DNA of 64,000 bases from Gekko japonicus (taxonomy: Eukaryota). Where the stretch lies: contig NW_015173134.1 of assembly GCF_001447785.1 (NCBI RefSeq), positions 795,608 to 859,607 on the forward strand, read 5' to 3'. Position 1 is the first letter of the stretch. Every line of letters starts with the position of its first letter. Both the position numbers and the translations under genes were made by a program. This document shows, in pieces, positions 12,540 to 23,894 of the stretch. The notes under the pieces were generated by a model. It did not search any database, was not told the DNA's origin, and worked only from the letters and a program-made list of their open reading frames with translations.

Positions 12540-12917
12540 CTTGTTTTTGTATCTCTCTAGCAGGAAGCAGCCATGAAGCTCTGTGTGTGTGTCTGTGTGT
12601 GTGAGAGAGGTAGAGAGAGAGGGAGGGAGGGAGGGAGCAGGAAGCAAATTGTCACTGAGGGAACTGGGAAAAAAGCAAGCTAGGGCGAGGCTGCAGCAGC
12701 AGCCCTGGAAAAGGAAGCAGGAGAAGAAAGTTGCTTGGGGGCCGGTTCTGATCCCTGAATGGGCTGGATCCAGCCCACAGGCCACATTTTCCACACCCCT
12801 GTGTAGAGTCCAACCACTGAAGCTGTCATTTTCTCCAAGGGTACTGATATCTGTAGTCTGTATATAAGATGTAATCCTGGGAGATCTCTAGGCCCCACCT
12901 GGGGGTTGGCAACTCTG
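11508..12917 (+). mobile_element. TAGGGTTGCCA MITE split by a CAGGGGTGTCAAAC-type hAT insertion (about 11617-12801)
   Basis: The MITE halves 11508-11616 and 12802-12917 rejoin into the family seen at about 23930-24140 and 54867-55083. The inner element's ends match 50981-51411. Confidence 0.7.
12461..12538. repeat. Compound (TG)n(AG)n microsatellite
   Basis: Direct observation. Confidence 0.98.
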
Positions 12918-14159
12918 GGTCCACACATAATGTTTTGTCATTTGCCAGTTCACATCTTAATGGTAATAATCCCAGCCATATCAGTCTGTTGTAGCAAAAA
13001 TAAACAGTAGTTTTGAGGCACCTTAAAGACTAACAAAATTCTGGAATAAAAAGGTTGGTGTTTAAGGGACCACAAGACTCCAGTTTATTTTTTACCTGGT
13101 TCTTTGTTGTCCCTCTTGTGTTTGAATTCAAAGACTGCCCAACTTCTTTTGGTCATACACAGAATCTCCCAAGTCTTTCAGATCCCACTTGGGCAGGTGA
13201 AATGCCCATTCTGGAAGCTTCCACCACCATTAAAGCACATAAACATTCCAAAGGCTTCAGGTGTCTCTTCAGACAACTCCCACCATGATAAAACTCATTT
13301 GCAGTAATCCAAGAGGAAACTCACCCTGATTATTTATAACCCGGACAGTTCATTTTCCACTACAAGACGACCTTTCCCATTGCGGCTCTCAGTCCAAGAA
13401 AGAGCACTTCCCTCACCTGTGCATTTATTTTTCTGATGCCTTTTCAGCCCCATTTTCAGAGCAGATGTGCGCTTGTGTTAGGGCCACATAAACCACCAGT
13501 GAACTCCATCGTGAATTATTTCATCGCAATATTAATATGGGGTTTTTAAAATTCCCTTTGCCAGTTTATCTATACGTTGCCTCTAGAAATATTTCTATGC
13601 GGTAATCGTGCATGGATGGCAGCGTTACTTGCTTCTGGAGAAATATGCTAAAAGGCTTCAAGGCTTTCCATCTTTGGCCCACAAGCAGGGCTCATACAGC
13701 TCCTATTTTACAGCGGACTGATGGTAAAGATAAATGCCAGGAGTGTGTCAAATTGCTCTTCGATCCTTCTTTCCTGAGTACCTAAATGCCCTTGTCCAGG
13801 AGATACAAAAATATTTCCCTTAACTAACCCCATTTGCAAAGACACAGCTAGGATCTTGGGGGGGGGGGGGGAGAAGCACCATGCTGATGAATTACAACAG
13901 CTCAGCAAAGCGAGGTGCTTGGAAAATAAAGCCAGAGTGTTCTAAAGACACAATTCTTAAGGGCATAAACATGAATTTCTTCTCCTTATCTTTCTTCACC
14001 ATAGGGTACACGAGGCTCGTAAAATGGAAACGGAATAGCTAATGTCTGGCTGGACTGTGGGTAGTTAATGGTTTTCATTTCTTCTGCTGTAACTGATGTC
14101 ACCGTTAGTGCTTCGTGGCCTGTCCGCTTTGAGATGCTGCACCTGTACTGTATTAACTG

Positions 14160-14350
14160 CACTGCTCCCCATGTGTTTCCAAGTCCAATACAAAATGCTG
14201 GTTTTAACCTTTAAAGCCCAGAATGGCTTGGGTCCAGTGGACTCAATCATCTCTACCCATATGAACCAGGCAGGGATGATTTGGAGGTGAAAATCTGTTT
14301 TATGAGATTTTGATGGCAATGACTCATGGAAGCACCTTCCCAGCAGCTTT
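14160..14350 (+). mobile_element. L2 LINE ORF2 3' fragment
   Basis: Translation LPMCFQVQYKMLVLTFKAQNGLGP is typical of the L2 ORF2 C-terminus. Confidence 0.75.
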
Positions 14351-14371
14351 CACTAGAAGGTATGTTGCTTA

Positions 14372-14652
14372 TTTGGTGTGGTGGTTAAGAGTGGCAGACT
14401 CTAACTTGTGGGACTGGGTTTGATTCTCCACTCCTTCCCATGCAGCCAGCTGGGTAACCTTGGGTCAGTCACAGTTCTCTCAGAGCTGTTCTCTCAAGAG
14501 TTCTCTCAGAGTTCTCTCAGCCCCACCTACATCACAAGGTACCTGTTGTGGGGAGAGGAAGGGAAGGAGCTTGTAAGCCACTCTGAGACTCCAAGTGAAG
14601 GACGAGATATAAATCTAACTCTCCTCCTCCTCCTCCCTCCTCCTCTTCTTCT
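14372..14652 (+). mobile_element. tRNA-derived SINE (Squam3-like)
   Basis: A-box tggtgtggtggttaag, B-box ggtttgattc, core ctctcagccccacctac..cacaagg, (CTT/CCT) tail. Confidence 0.8.
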
Positions 14653-14879
14653 TTGTAAAGCTCGCCTTATTCTAGATCTTTCATACTGGTTAATATGGCT
14701 TAGCCTGGTGACTGGGGTGGTTAATTTAGATTTACAGGTTTTATAATTGATTATTTTAATTCATTGTTTTATTATTCAGACGTCTATTTTAATGAAAAAG
14801 CAGGATCAAATGTCCTAAAAAATAAAATGTGGTTCATACATGTAGGAGAATGAGTTGGGACCAACGTGGTGGAGACCTG

Positions 14880-16120
14880 ATGTACAGTTGCCAGCTCCGG
14901 GTTGGGAAATTCTTGGAGATCTGGGGGTGGAGCCTGGAGATGGGAGTAGGGATGGCAGCCTCCAGGTGGGGTCGAGATATTCAGGAATGACAGCTCATCT
15001 CCAGATGACAAATAGTTTTCCGGGAGAAAACAGATACTTTGGATGGTGGTATTTGCATAGCATTGTACCGCACAAAGGTTCCTGTCCTCCCCAGGCTCTA
15101 CTAGGGTTGCCAGGTCTAATCTTCTCCCCGGTGGGGGGATTAAGGGGCGTTCCAGGAGGGGGTGTGGCCACCACCAGCACAATGACGTCACTCTGTGCAA
15201 CATCATCATGCCCCCACTTTCCTCCCTATCATTTAAAGGGAAACTTCCCTTTAAATGGTGTGTGTGTGTGTTGCCTCTTGAAAGGCAGGAGCTAACGGCC
15301 CCTGCTCGGGAAGATGGGTGCTCCTTCCTTACAAGAGGCAAGATCACCTCTTGAAAGACAGGAGCCGACAGCCCCTGCTCTAGAAGGTCGGGTGCACAGG
15401 CCGGTCCCCACCGGCTGTGAGCACTTAAAGAGGTCCTTTTAAGTGCTCGCAGCCCGCAGGCCCCATATGCCCATTCTCCAGGTGGCATTGCTGCTTGGAG
15501 ACTGGGCACGTGGGGCCCTGTCCTTGCCATGTGTGAGCACTTAAAGCGGTCCCTAAAGTGCTTGCAGCTGGCGGCCCCGTGTGCCCAATCTCCAAGTGGT
15601 AATGCCACTTCGGATTCAGGCAGGTAGAGCTGCCAAGTCCCCCTGGGGGGTGGGGAAACCCCTGCCCCAGAGGCCTGTTCCCCAACGCCGGTGGGTCGGG
15701 CCCTGGGGGGAACCCCGCCCCAGCATGTGCATCACCAGGAAGTGACGCTATGATGCCGGGCACGCTGGGGGCGGGGCCACGGCCATACAAGGGAAAACTC
15801 TATGGTTTTCCCTTATATGGTCGTGGCCCCACCCCCAGCGTGCCCGGCATCATAACGTCACTTCCTAGTGACGTGCGTGCACACACCAGACACCAGCCAG
15901 GAGCCCCCTGCTCCCGGCGAAGATCGACTTGGCAGCCCTAGGTGATATCACATCTGGGTGAGGTCATTGCACCGGGGACATTTCATTGGACGTGGCTGTT
16001 TGGGGGCAGAGTTTCCCCCGCCAGCCAGCTGGCCAGTGGTGGGCAGAAGCCCTGAAAGCTGGGGGAATCCCACCTGGACCTGGAACCTGGCAACCCTAAA
16101 CCCCAAATAGTTGGCAACCT
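14880..16120. mobile_element. Cluster of nested TAGGGTTGCCA-family hAT MITEs
   Basis: Several GGGTTGCCA / TGGCAACCCTA termini (about 15102, 15630, 15930, 16090) with GC-rich internal segments shared with copies at about 8730-9115, 10146-10465 and 58121-58450. Confidence 0.7.
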
Positions 16121-18873
16121 AATCATTGTTGACTTAATTTCCAGTCACATCTTAACAACTGCAGGTCATTTTTCTATAATTAGAAATCTGGTATTTTCTT
16201 CTGTCTCTTGCCTTTGTTTATTATTTGTTGTTAGCAGCAATAATTTAATATGCTTGCTTTCTCATTTTCCAGTTGGAAGTTAACTCCAGTGACCCAAATA
16301 TTACGTAAGTAATTCTTGTAATTATCCTCCATGTTAGAACTGAGGTTTGACTGTAAATATTTATGGCCAAAATCCTGCAGGAAGGGCTTTGTGTGTAGCT
16401 AGATAAGGATGGGCTTGTATGATAGATAGTTTCCTGAATGTTACTGTGGTAGAGCTTAATATCTTCTAAACCACCAAGGCCACCATTGCTGGAAAGCTCT
16501 AGCTAGTTGCCAACTGACCAATTATCTACAGACATAACTGATTTTTCCTGCTACTGGCCTGTTGTCAGATGAGGTTTGTTTCAAATAATGGAGAGAACAA
16601 GAGAGAGGCCATTTAAAAAATGTCTAGTGCCTTTAAGATGAGAGTGGCAAAAGAATTGCAGTGCTGTGCCTTTAAGACTTGTGCAACACCAGGCTTGTAG
16701 TTCAACTTTCATTTTCAGCGCAAGCTTTTCTGTGCCTCAAAAGCTGCTGTTTTAAACACTGCAGCTGTATTATCTGGATCCCTTTTTCTTCTGAGATCTC
16801 TTCAATAGGGCTGTCAACTTTTAAACTTGTAGCTCTCCCTTTAATATCAGTTTGATCTGCAAGCAATTAATAGGCAATGTTTTAGGATTTTCTGTCTGTC
16901 TTTATTTTTGCTATCCTTTTGTTGTGTACTGCTGCTTTAAGAGGCTATCCCAGTAGGCCTCAGAGCAAGCAGGAGAGCAGCAGGGACTCAGGGCTTTTCT
17001 TCTCAGTCTTCCTGCTAGGAACCTGCTGGGCTACAGGACTTATTAAGAGTCTGCAGAACCAGGCCAGGACAACCTTGGCCTAGAGCTCTAGAAACAGCCT
17101 AGTGAAGTATTGTTATTCCTTATTCCAATAGCCAAGTTACTTACCCTACAGTTATTGTTAATAAAGAGGCCTGCAGCCAAATGGGTGTTTGTTGTTTGCT
17201 CCACTACACAAAACCTTTGCCCTCCTAAATTCTTTCCCTGGGCACACAGGCGCCACTCCTTGACCCTAGCGGGTTTCATTCCTTGATTACCTGGTCTTGC
17301 CCTTGGGTAGGTGACCTCTGGATCTGTGCCTGCCCCTTGCCAGATTTATTTATTTATTGTTTGAACTTTTACCCCGCCCTCCCTGTTGAGGCAGGCTCAG
17401 GGCGGCTTTGTGCCTTTTAAGAGTTAGGGATCCTACTTTCAGCCAGTACAATTAGATTAGGGAACATCCAGATTGGCCTCCAACTGAGGTAACCATCAAT
17501 ACACTCTAGCCTTTAGTTTGGTGGTACCAGGGTCTGCTCGGTTTCTAGTAGGATGTGGGTTAGGTTGCTTTAGTGGCTGCCGATTTCCCAACCCATGAAT
17601 CAATCCCAGAAGTTATGGTACATTATTACATCGCATGGTGCTGGACTGACACTGTGACACACTGTATGAAAGTGAGAAATTCCCTTTTTCCTATCAAGGA
17701 GACATTTCTTAACTTTTACTTCTCTGCCTCTGAGATTCCTGTGGAGATGAGTCACACTGGATAGGGCAAGACCTTTATTCCCATGTTCTCTCCTCTGTTT
17801 CAGTTCTTTGTCTCTCCTCCATCTTAGCCAGGGCCTAAGACCTAACGCCATAAAGCCCAGTGGCTTTCATCTTTCCTGGAGAAGAAATTTCAGCCTTTGA
17901 CTTTACAGTCATCACTCACCATTTCTGGGTGCTTTTATGGTACTCTGTGTGTGTGTGTGTTACATCACCATACATAAGGCAGGTTAATGTTTCGCAGAAA
18001 ACACCAACACTAATGGAGGTTTGCAATAGTCACGCTTATGCCTTTAGTGGTCTCTTGACCCATGGAAAGTACAGCACCTCACCAGGACATTTATTATCAA
18101 CGTCTCTCTTTATAGCTGTGAGAAGGCTCCTGACTGGACTGGCAAACAGCACTGAAAAGAATTCAGGTTGTTGTTCCTAGCTGATCTGGATGCCAACTAT
18201 GTTAATGAAGCTGCAAAGGACAACCTATAGATTTACAAGTCCCATAAAGTTGAACACTAGAAACTCAGAGGTCTATTAAGGACACATTAACTCAGGTTCT
18301 TTCTTCAGTGCACATTAGGGAAAACCCATTCTCTAGGCACTGTGGTCTATAAGCCACCAAACTGCTCTTTTTCCCTACTAAAAGTTCTAAGAAGGTCCCC
18401 AATTTTTGAACCAGCCGGTGTGGAAGTTTGATCTTCAGCAATTAGCAGGTGACGTTTATCTCCTTCACCTGCTGATATCCAGCCATTATTAAAGGGATTG
18501 GAACCAGTCAGCCAGTTGTGTTTTTGGGTTGGGGCCAGTTGGCAACAGTGAGGAAAGAAACCACAACATTCATCCATGCAACACAGGGATTCTTCCCTCC
18601 CGCCCCCTTTTTTATTCTCACACCACCCCTGTGAAGTAACAAAAAATAAACCAGAGTTTTGTGGCAGCTTAAAGACTGAAACAAACCAATACAGATTTTT
18701 TTTTAATTTTTGCTGGTGCAAATTAACCAGCTGGTCCTCAGGAATTATTACTTGTGAGTTATTTTGTGCTGAAAACTAACTCGACCTCACCCAGTGAGCC
18801 GCAAGACACAGTAGAGATTTGAACCCTGGTGACACCCCCACCCACCCCGTCCATCCTAGTCTAATGTTCTAAG

Positions 18874-19022
18874 TAGGGTTGCCAGGTCTTACCCATCTGC
18901 CGGCATGGGGATCCTGGCTTGGTTCCTGGGTCTTCAGGTGTGTGGGGAAGTGACATCATTGTGGATTGGGCCCCCCAAAATTAGGAGAAACCCCGCCCCC
19001 ATTGGGGGGGTTGGCAACCCTA
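18874..19022 (+). mobile_element. TAGGGTTGCCA hAT MITE
   Basis: 11-bp TIRs; exact 8-bp TSD GTTCTAAG. Confidence 0.9.
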
Positions 19023-19099
19023 GTTCTAAGCATGGCACCACACTTCTTCTCAAAATGAAATGTCTAATTATGACTATATAAATCAAATTCTGTTCACCC

Positions 19100-19250
19100 C
19101 ATCAGAAGAGCCCTGCTGAATCAGGCAGAGGTCCATCTAGCCAAGCATCCTGTATCATGCAATGGCCAACCAATTGCCCTGAAGGGACAGCAAGCAGGTT
19201 GTAGAGCCCAAGGCCTTCCCTGTAGTTCTGTGGTGACGATCTCTTGAGTG
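19100..19250 (-). mobile_element. CR1-like 3' UTR fragment
   Basis: Reverse-complement similarity to 741-1018 and 53000-53265. Confidence 0.55.
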
Positions 19251-19787
19251 TGTCTCCATCTGGTTCTGTGATCCAATTCGTCATAAATTAGTACATACAA
19301 AGAGGAAATTCCTATGAAGGCCCTGTAGAAGTGGTAGCCGATGGACTGAAAGCACAATGAAGTTGCTGAGTGGAGAATGGGCGTCTTAGATAGCTGTGTG
19401 TGAGAACAGGCATGCTACATAGTTGTGTGTATACTCTGGGGCAATGATACCCAGTGCGGTGCCCATTGGGCACTCATCAGTATGTTTCCTAGAGCCCACT
19501 TGCTTTACCCCTGAAGGTTCTCTTCCCCAAAGTAAAAAGCTAATCCTGGCTTTCGTTTGCTTCATTGGAGTTGGAGGTCCTTCAGAGGAACCCAGAAAGC
19601 ATCACTGTTGGATCTGCAGAGAGCACCCATTTGAAACTCGTGCCTCAATTACATGAGAATGCTTGGCACAGAACCTCCTAACATACTGTAGAACCATCGA
19701 AGATCCAGCTATTGCGGAACCACCCAACTGACCCAGACCTCATAGCTGCCATTTTGGGTTTTTTTTGGTGTATTTTTAATATGTGCA

Positions 19788-20010
19788 TGTGTGTGTGTGT
19801 GTGTGTGCATCTGGAAGTCATGACAACCTCTGGTGACTGACCTCTATGGGGGCCAGGAGGATATTCAGAGAGGTGGCTGAATAAAGCCTGCCCCCGCCTC
19901 CTGGCTCTGGTATTTTCAAGGTCTCCCATCTAAGTACTTTGCTGGAATTGACCCTGCTTAACTTCCAAGATCTGACGAGATCGGGCTTTTGTGGGCTATC
20001 CAGGTCAGGG
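19788..20010 (-). mobile_element. 5S rRNA-derived SINE (SINE3)
   Basis: Minus strand GCCCGATCTCGTCAGATCTTGGAAGTTAAGCAGGGTC...AGTACTTAGATGGGAGACC matches the 5S rRNA internal promoter region. Unrelated body and a (CA)n tail. Confidence 0.88.
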
Positions 20011-21038
20011 TGTAGCAGCCATTTTGTGATTTCCTCCCCCATGGCAGCCATTTTGTTGTGGCACCCAATGTCTGTTCTCAACATTTGAGATGTGACTGCA
20101 GGTTCAAGAAGGCTGGGGAGTGGGGATCCCTGCTTCAAGGCTAGGTATGACTGGATCCCCTCCCTCAATCTAACCCAATTCCCAATTTCTCTGGATATGG
20201 CAGCAACAATTAGTGTTAGAAAAACATGTTACTTTTGATGAAATGATGTGTTCAACTGATCAAATTTGAAATATTTCACAAATGGCCCTGGAAGCTCTAG
20301 GGAAGAGGCGATGTACTCTTTGAACAGCCATTAGCAAAAGTAAAATTTTTCCGTTTCAAGGGCTGTTTTGCTTCTTTGTTGCAGGCTGTAGCTGTACGGC
20401 AGAGACTCGTTCTGAGTTAAATATGGATCTGACAAAGCCGAAAATGAAACTGTCCCAGGATGGCATTTTTACAAAAGGGTTTTAGATTTTTATCTCTCTT
20501 CTACCAGATTGACTTTTCTACTTAAGAGAGACGCTATCTTACGAGTCAGAGCAAATGTTGAAAGGTTTAATGTGGCTTTTAGTCACAGTCCTGGACCAAG
20601 GGCACTGAGCAGCACTTTCCCCTCCTGCTCCATCGCAGCAGCGTTTACTGAATCCTGGACAGCGCTGGGATGCCAAAGGGACAGTTTCATAGCTAGAGAT
20701 AAAAAGCAAGGTTGGAATGGAAACTCCAGTTCCGCAAACTGCTTGCGGCAGGTGCCGTACATCTCTGCAGATATTCCGTCAGATGTAGAGGAAGGATCGC
20801 CAGGAGTATGTTGCCTCGAGCAAAATGTGAAGTGAATTTGGGGGTGTGGGTGGTCTTCCTCAGGCAAGATTCTACAGCAGTACAGGTGAAATCAAGAGTT
20901 GTGATAGAACTAGTGACATTTCTGCATGTCCCTCACTGGGCACAACAATTTACTGGGGCAGAATTTAAGAAATAACAAGAGCCATGCGGGATGAGAGCTC
21001 AGGTTCCATATAGATGTCCCACCAAGACATCATTAAGC

Positions 21039-21403
21039 CTGAATGTGCACAAACCTGGCTTGCTGGGCTCACACAAACATGGCATTTCTCCACTCCCCTC
21101 TTGTGCACTGCATGATAAAAGGATTCAAATTTAAAATTAGCTCACCTGGAGGCTTGTGGCTTAACCAGAGTTAGTTGCCCCCCCCCCATAAATCAAGAGT
21201 CTAAACTTGAATTAACCCCAGTGTAGAATCCCGTGATGTGGGGAGAAAACGAACTCTGATTAAGCTAAGAATCCAACTTCATAACTAATGGGTAACAAGA
21301 GTTAGTTTTAAATTGGGACTCCATCGTTGCACCCTGTGTGAAAAGGGAAGAGACAGGAAGGAGAAGCGAGCCCAAGAACAAGCTGGGTTTGTGCACATTC
21401 AGC
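21039..21403. mobile_element. MITE-like element with about 30-bp imperfect inverted ends
   Basis: ctgaatgtgcacaaacctggcttgctgggctc versus gagcccaagaacaagctgggtttgtgcacattcag. Confidence 0.55.
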
Positions 21404-21489
21404 CACAAGAAGTGGGGACCCACAAGAAACTTGTGGAGAGGGGCAGCATTGCTTTCTTCCCTCTCCCCATCTTCCCCTTTCCTTCTCTC

Positions 21490-21891
21490 TGTAGGAAATA
21501 TGTGTTGCAAGGTCTAAATTCAGTCATTATAGGGTTAATGTGTTTACCTTGTGTGCTATTGTTTAGACTGACCTGGAAGGGAACCTGGCAGAAAGCCAAT
21601 GGGGAGAAAGCCCGGGAAACTGGAGCCTATTCACTAATAATCATTGGTTAAATGTATTCAGGTGATTTCCTGCTAGGGGTCAAGAAGAAAGAAGAATCTT
21701 CAGTACCAACTTATCTATCTGTCTGTTGTTGCAAGCATGTATTCTTAAGTGTTTGTTGTTTTGTAGATTTCCCGTGTACCCTTCCCTTTAGAAATAAAGA
21801 TTTTTACATAGAAAGAAAATGCCTCCTCTCCAGTGAACAAAGATCCATTGCAAACTCTGAATATCTAACTATTTTACCAAATTTTCCAACA
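21490..21891 (+). mobile_element. Solo LTR (402 bp)
   Basis: Termini TGTAGGAAA...TTTCCAACA, exact 5-bp TSD CTCTC, internal CCAAT (about 21596) and AATAAA (21793-21798). Confidence 0.85.
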
Positions 21892-22029
21892 CTCTCCCCA
21901 AGTTAATCCTCCCTTCTTTTTCTTTCCAACCCTCCACCAAGCCAATCCCTCCTTCTTTGTCTTTCTCTCTCTCTCTCCCAAGCCAATCCCCCCTTCTTTC
22001 TCCCTCCCTCTTTCTCCCTACCTTTTAGC

Positions 22030-22375
22030 CCAGCAGCGGTGGCAGCACCTGGTGGTGGCCAGGTCTGGAGCAGCTCCTGGTGTTTGCCGCAGCTGGGCCC
22101 AGGGTCTCTCTCGGTGTTCCCCACAGTAGCAGCTCTGCCTGGAGTTTCTGCTGGTGTTCCACATTGCCCCAGCCAGGCCTGGAGCCTCTCCAAGCATTCC
22201 CCATCGCCGCACCCAGGCCTGGAGCAGCTCTTGGTGTTCCCTGCTGCTGTGGCTGAGCCTGGAGCCTCTCCTGGCATTCCCTGCTGGCGTGACCAGGCCC
22301 AGAGCGGCTCCCAGCATACCCTGCTCCCACAGTTTGGCTCGGATCAGCTCCAAAGAAGCAGCAGCAGCCAGGCTT
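22030..22375. repeat. Degenerate GC-rich minisatellite (about 36-40-bp unit, core CCTGGAGC[A/C][G/T]CTC...TTCCC)
   Basis: About 8 diverged units. It explains the overlapping ORFs on both strands here. Confidence 0.75.
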
Positions 22376-22569
22376 TCAATGGTAATTTAAAACCCCCAAG
22401 GTCACCCAAGTTAGCAGAAAAACTTGTTTGGAGTAAGTATGTGCCCCTATCTGCGGATTTAGATATCCGCACATAGGGGACTGTTGAGAATTAGATATAT
22501 AGATGTTGGCTTGACATAATGTCTGAATGCAGCCCAAGGTCCATCTAGTCCAGCACCTGTCCCCAAGGT

Positions 22570-23010
22570 GACCCAGTTAATGCTTCTAGGAAAACAAGTC
22601 CTATGAGAAGAGGTTGAAGAAACTGGATATGTTTAAACTGGAAAAGAGGAGATCAGGGAGTTGATTAGGCCAGACTTCCAATTCATGAAGGGCTGGATAC
22701 TTAGAAGAAGGCAAAAACTAGTTCTCTTCTTCTGTGAAAGGAAAAGAACTAGATCTAATGGGCACAAGCTACAGGAAGGTGGATTTCAGGTGAATGTTAG
22801 GAAAACTTGCTAATGGTAAGAGCAGCTTGATAACAAAACCAATTTACCTAGAAGGGTGGTGGGCTCTTCCTCGGTGGAAGTCTTCAAACAGAGTCCAGAC
22901 AGCCATCTGTTAGGAATGCTTCACTTTCAATTTTGTGCACTGAGCAGGGTGTTGGACTGCTCAGCCTGCAAGCCTCGTTTGAACTTTACTCTAGGATGCT
23001 ATAATTCTAA
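22570..23010 (+). mobile_element. CR1/L3 LINE 3' end
   Basis: SYEKRLKKLDMFKLEKRR...RTRSNGHKL...VVGSSSVEVFKQ, the CR1 ORF2 C-terminus, followed by a CR1-type 3' UTR. Confidence 0.88.
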
Positions 23011-23201
23011 TTCACAGCAGAGTACAGTAGCACCCTTCTCTTAGCAACTCAGACAGATATTCCACTAAGCTTCCATGGCCATACACCAATTTAGCCTCCA
23101 TGACTGTGTCCTTTTTTTGCAGTCAAGTCACAGCTGACTTATGGAGACCTCATAGGGGTTTCAAGGCAAGAGACGTTCAGAGGTGGTTTCCCGTTGCCTA
23201 A

Positions 23202-23894
23202 CTGTCCACCAGTCTCCTGCCAACCTCATCCTGAGGCCTGAGTCTACAGTAAGTAGTTCTGAGCAGATCCACCCCCTGTTGCTGGAGGGCTGGCACCCTG
23301 CTAGGTTTCCCAGTGGCAAAATGAGGGAGAGCCTCTTGTAGTACCCATCTGGGCAAAAGGCATAGGGGGCAGTGGCCACAGGGAAGAGGCTAACTAGAAG
23401 AGATCAGGCTGGAAAGCTGGTGGGACCCAACCCACTCTGTGCATCTGGGTATGCACTTGCATGCGTGCTTTTGTCCCCAAATATAAATAAATCGATCCTT
23501 CTGGGGGTGGGGTGGGGGCCATTTGAACCACTGGGCATCACTGCATCTTCTGACAGTAAATTCCATAGATTCAGGGTATGATATGGAATGGCACTACATC
23601 TGTCCACCAGTCTCCTGAGGCCTGAGTCTAGAGTAAGTAGTTCTAAGCAGATTCACCCCCTGTTGCTGGAGGGCTGGCATCCTGCTAGGTTTCCCGGTGG
23701 CAAAATGAGGGAGAGCCTCTTGTAGGACCCATCTGGACAAAAGGAATAGGGGGCAGTGGCTACAGTGAAGAGGTTAATTGGAAGAGATCAGGCTGGAAAG
23801 CTGGTGGGACCCAACCCACTCTGTGCATATGGGTGTGCACTTGCATGCATGCTTGTGTCCCCAAATATAAATAAATAGGGGGTGGGCTGGGGGC
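23202..23894. repeat. Direct duplication of a unit of about 300 bp (23202-23519 and 23600-23894)
   Basis: Both copies start ctgtccaccagtctcctg and end ccccaaatataaataaat..gggggtggg. The spacer is about 80 bp. Confidence 0.93.

Noticed and set aside
14784-15608. 274-aa ORF as a protein-coding gene
   Set aside because: Lies across nested GC-rich MITEs, with no recognisable domain.
16640-17345. Possible LTR (AATAAA near 17160)
   Set aside because: Could not define TG..CA termini or a TSD.
19900-19990. True 5S rRNA gene (also about 52700-52790)
   Set aside because: Diverged, lacks the 5S 5' end and T-run terminator, and is fused to SINE bodies.
21903-22476. Overlapping ORFs on both strands, or a CRISPR-like array
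   Set aside because: A degenerate minisatellite without identical repeats or unique spacers, in a vertebrate genome.
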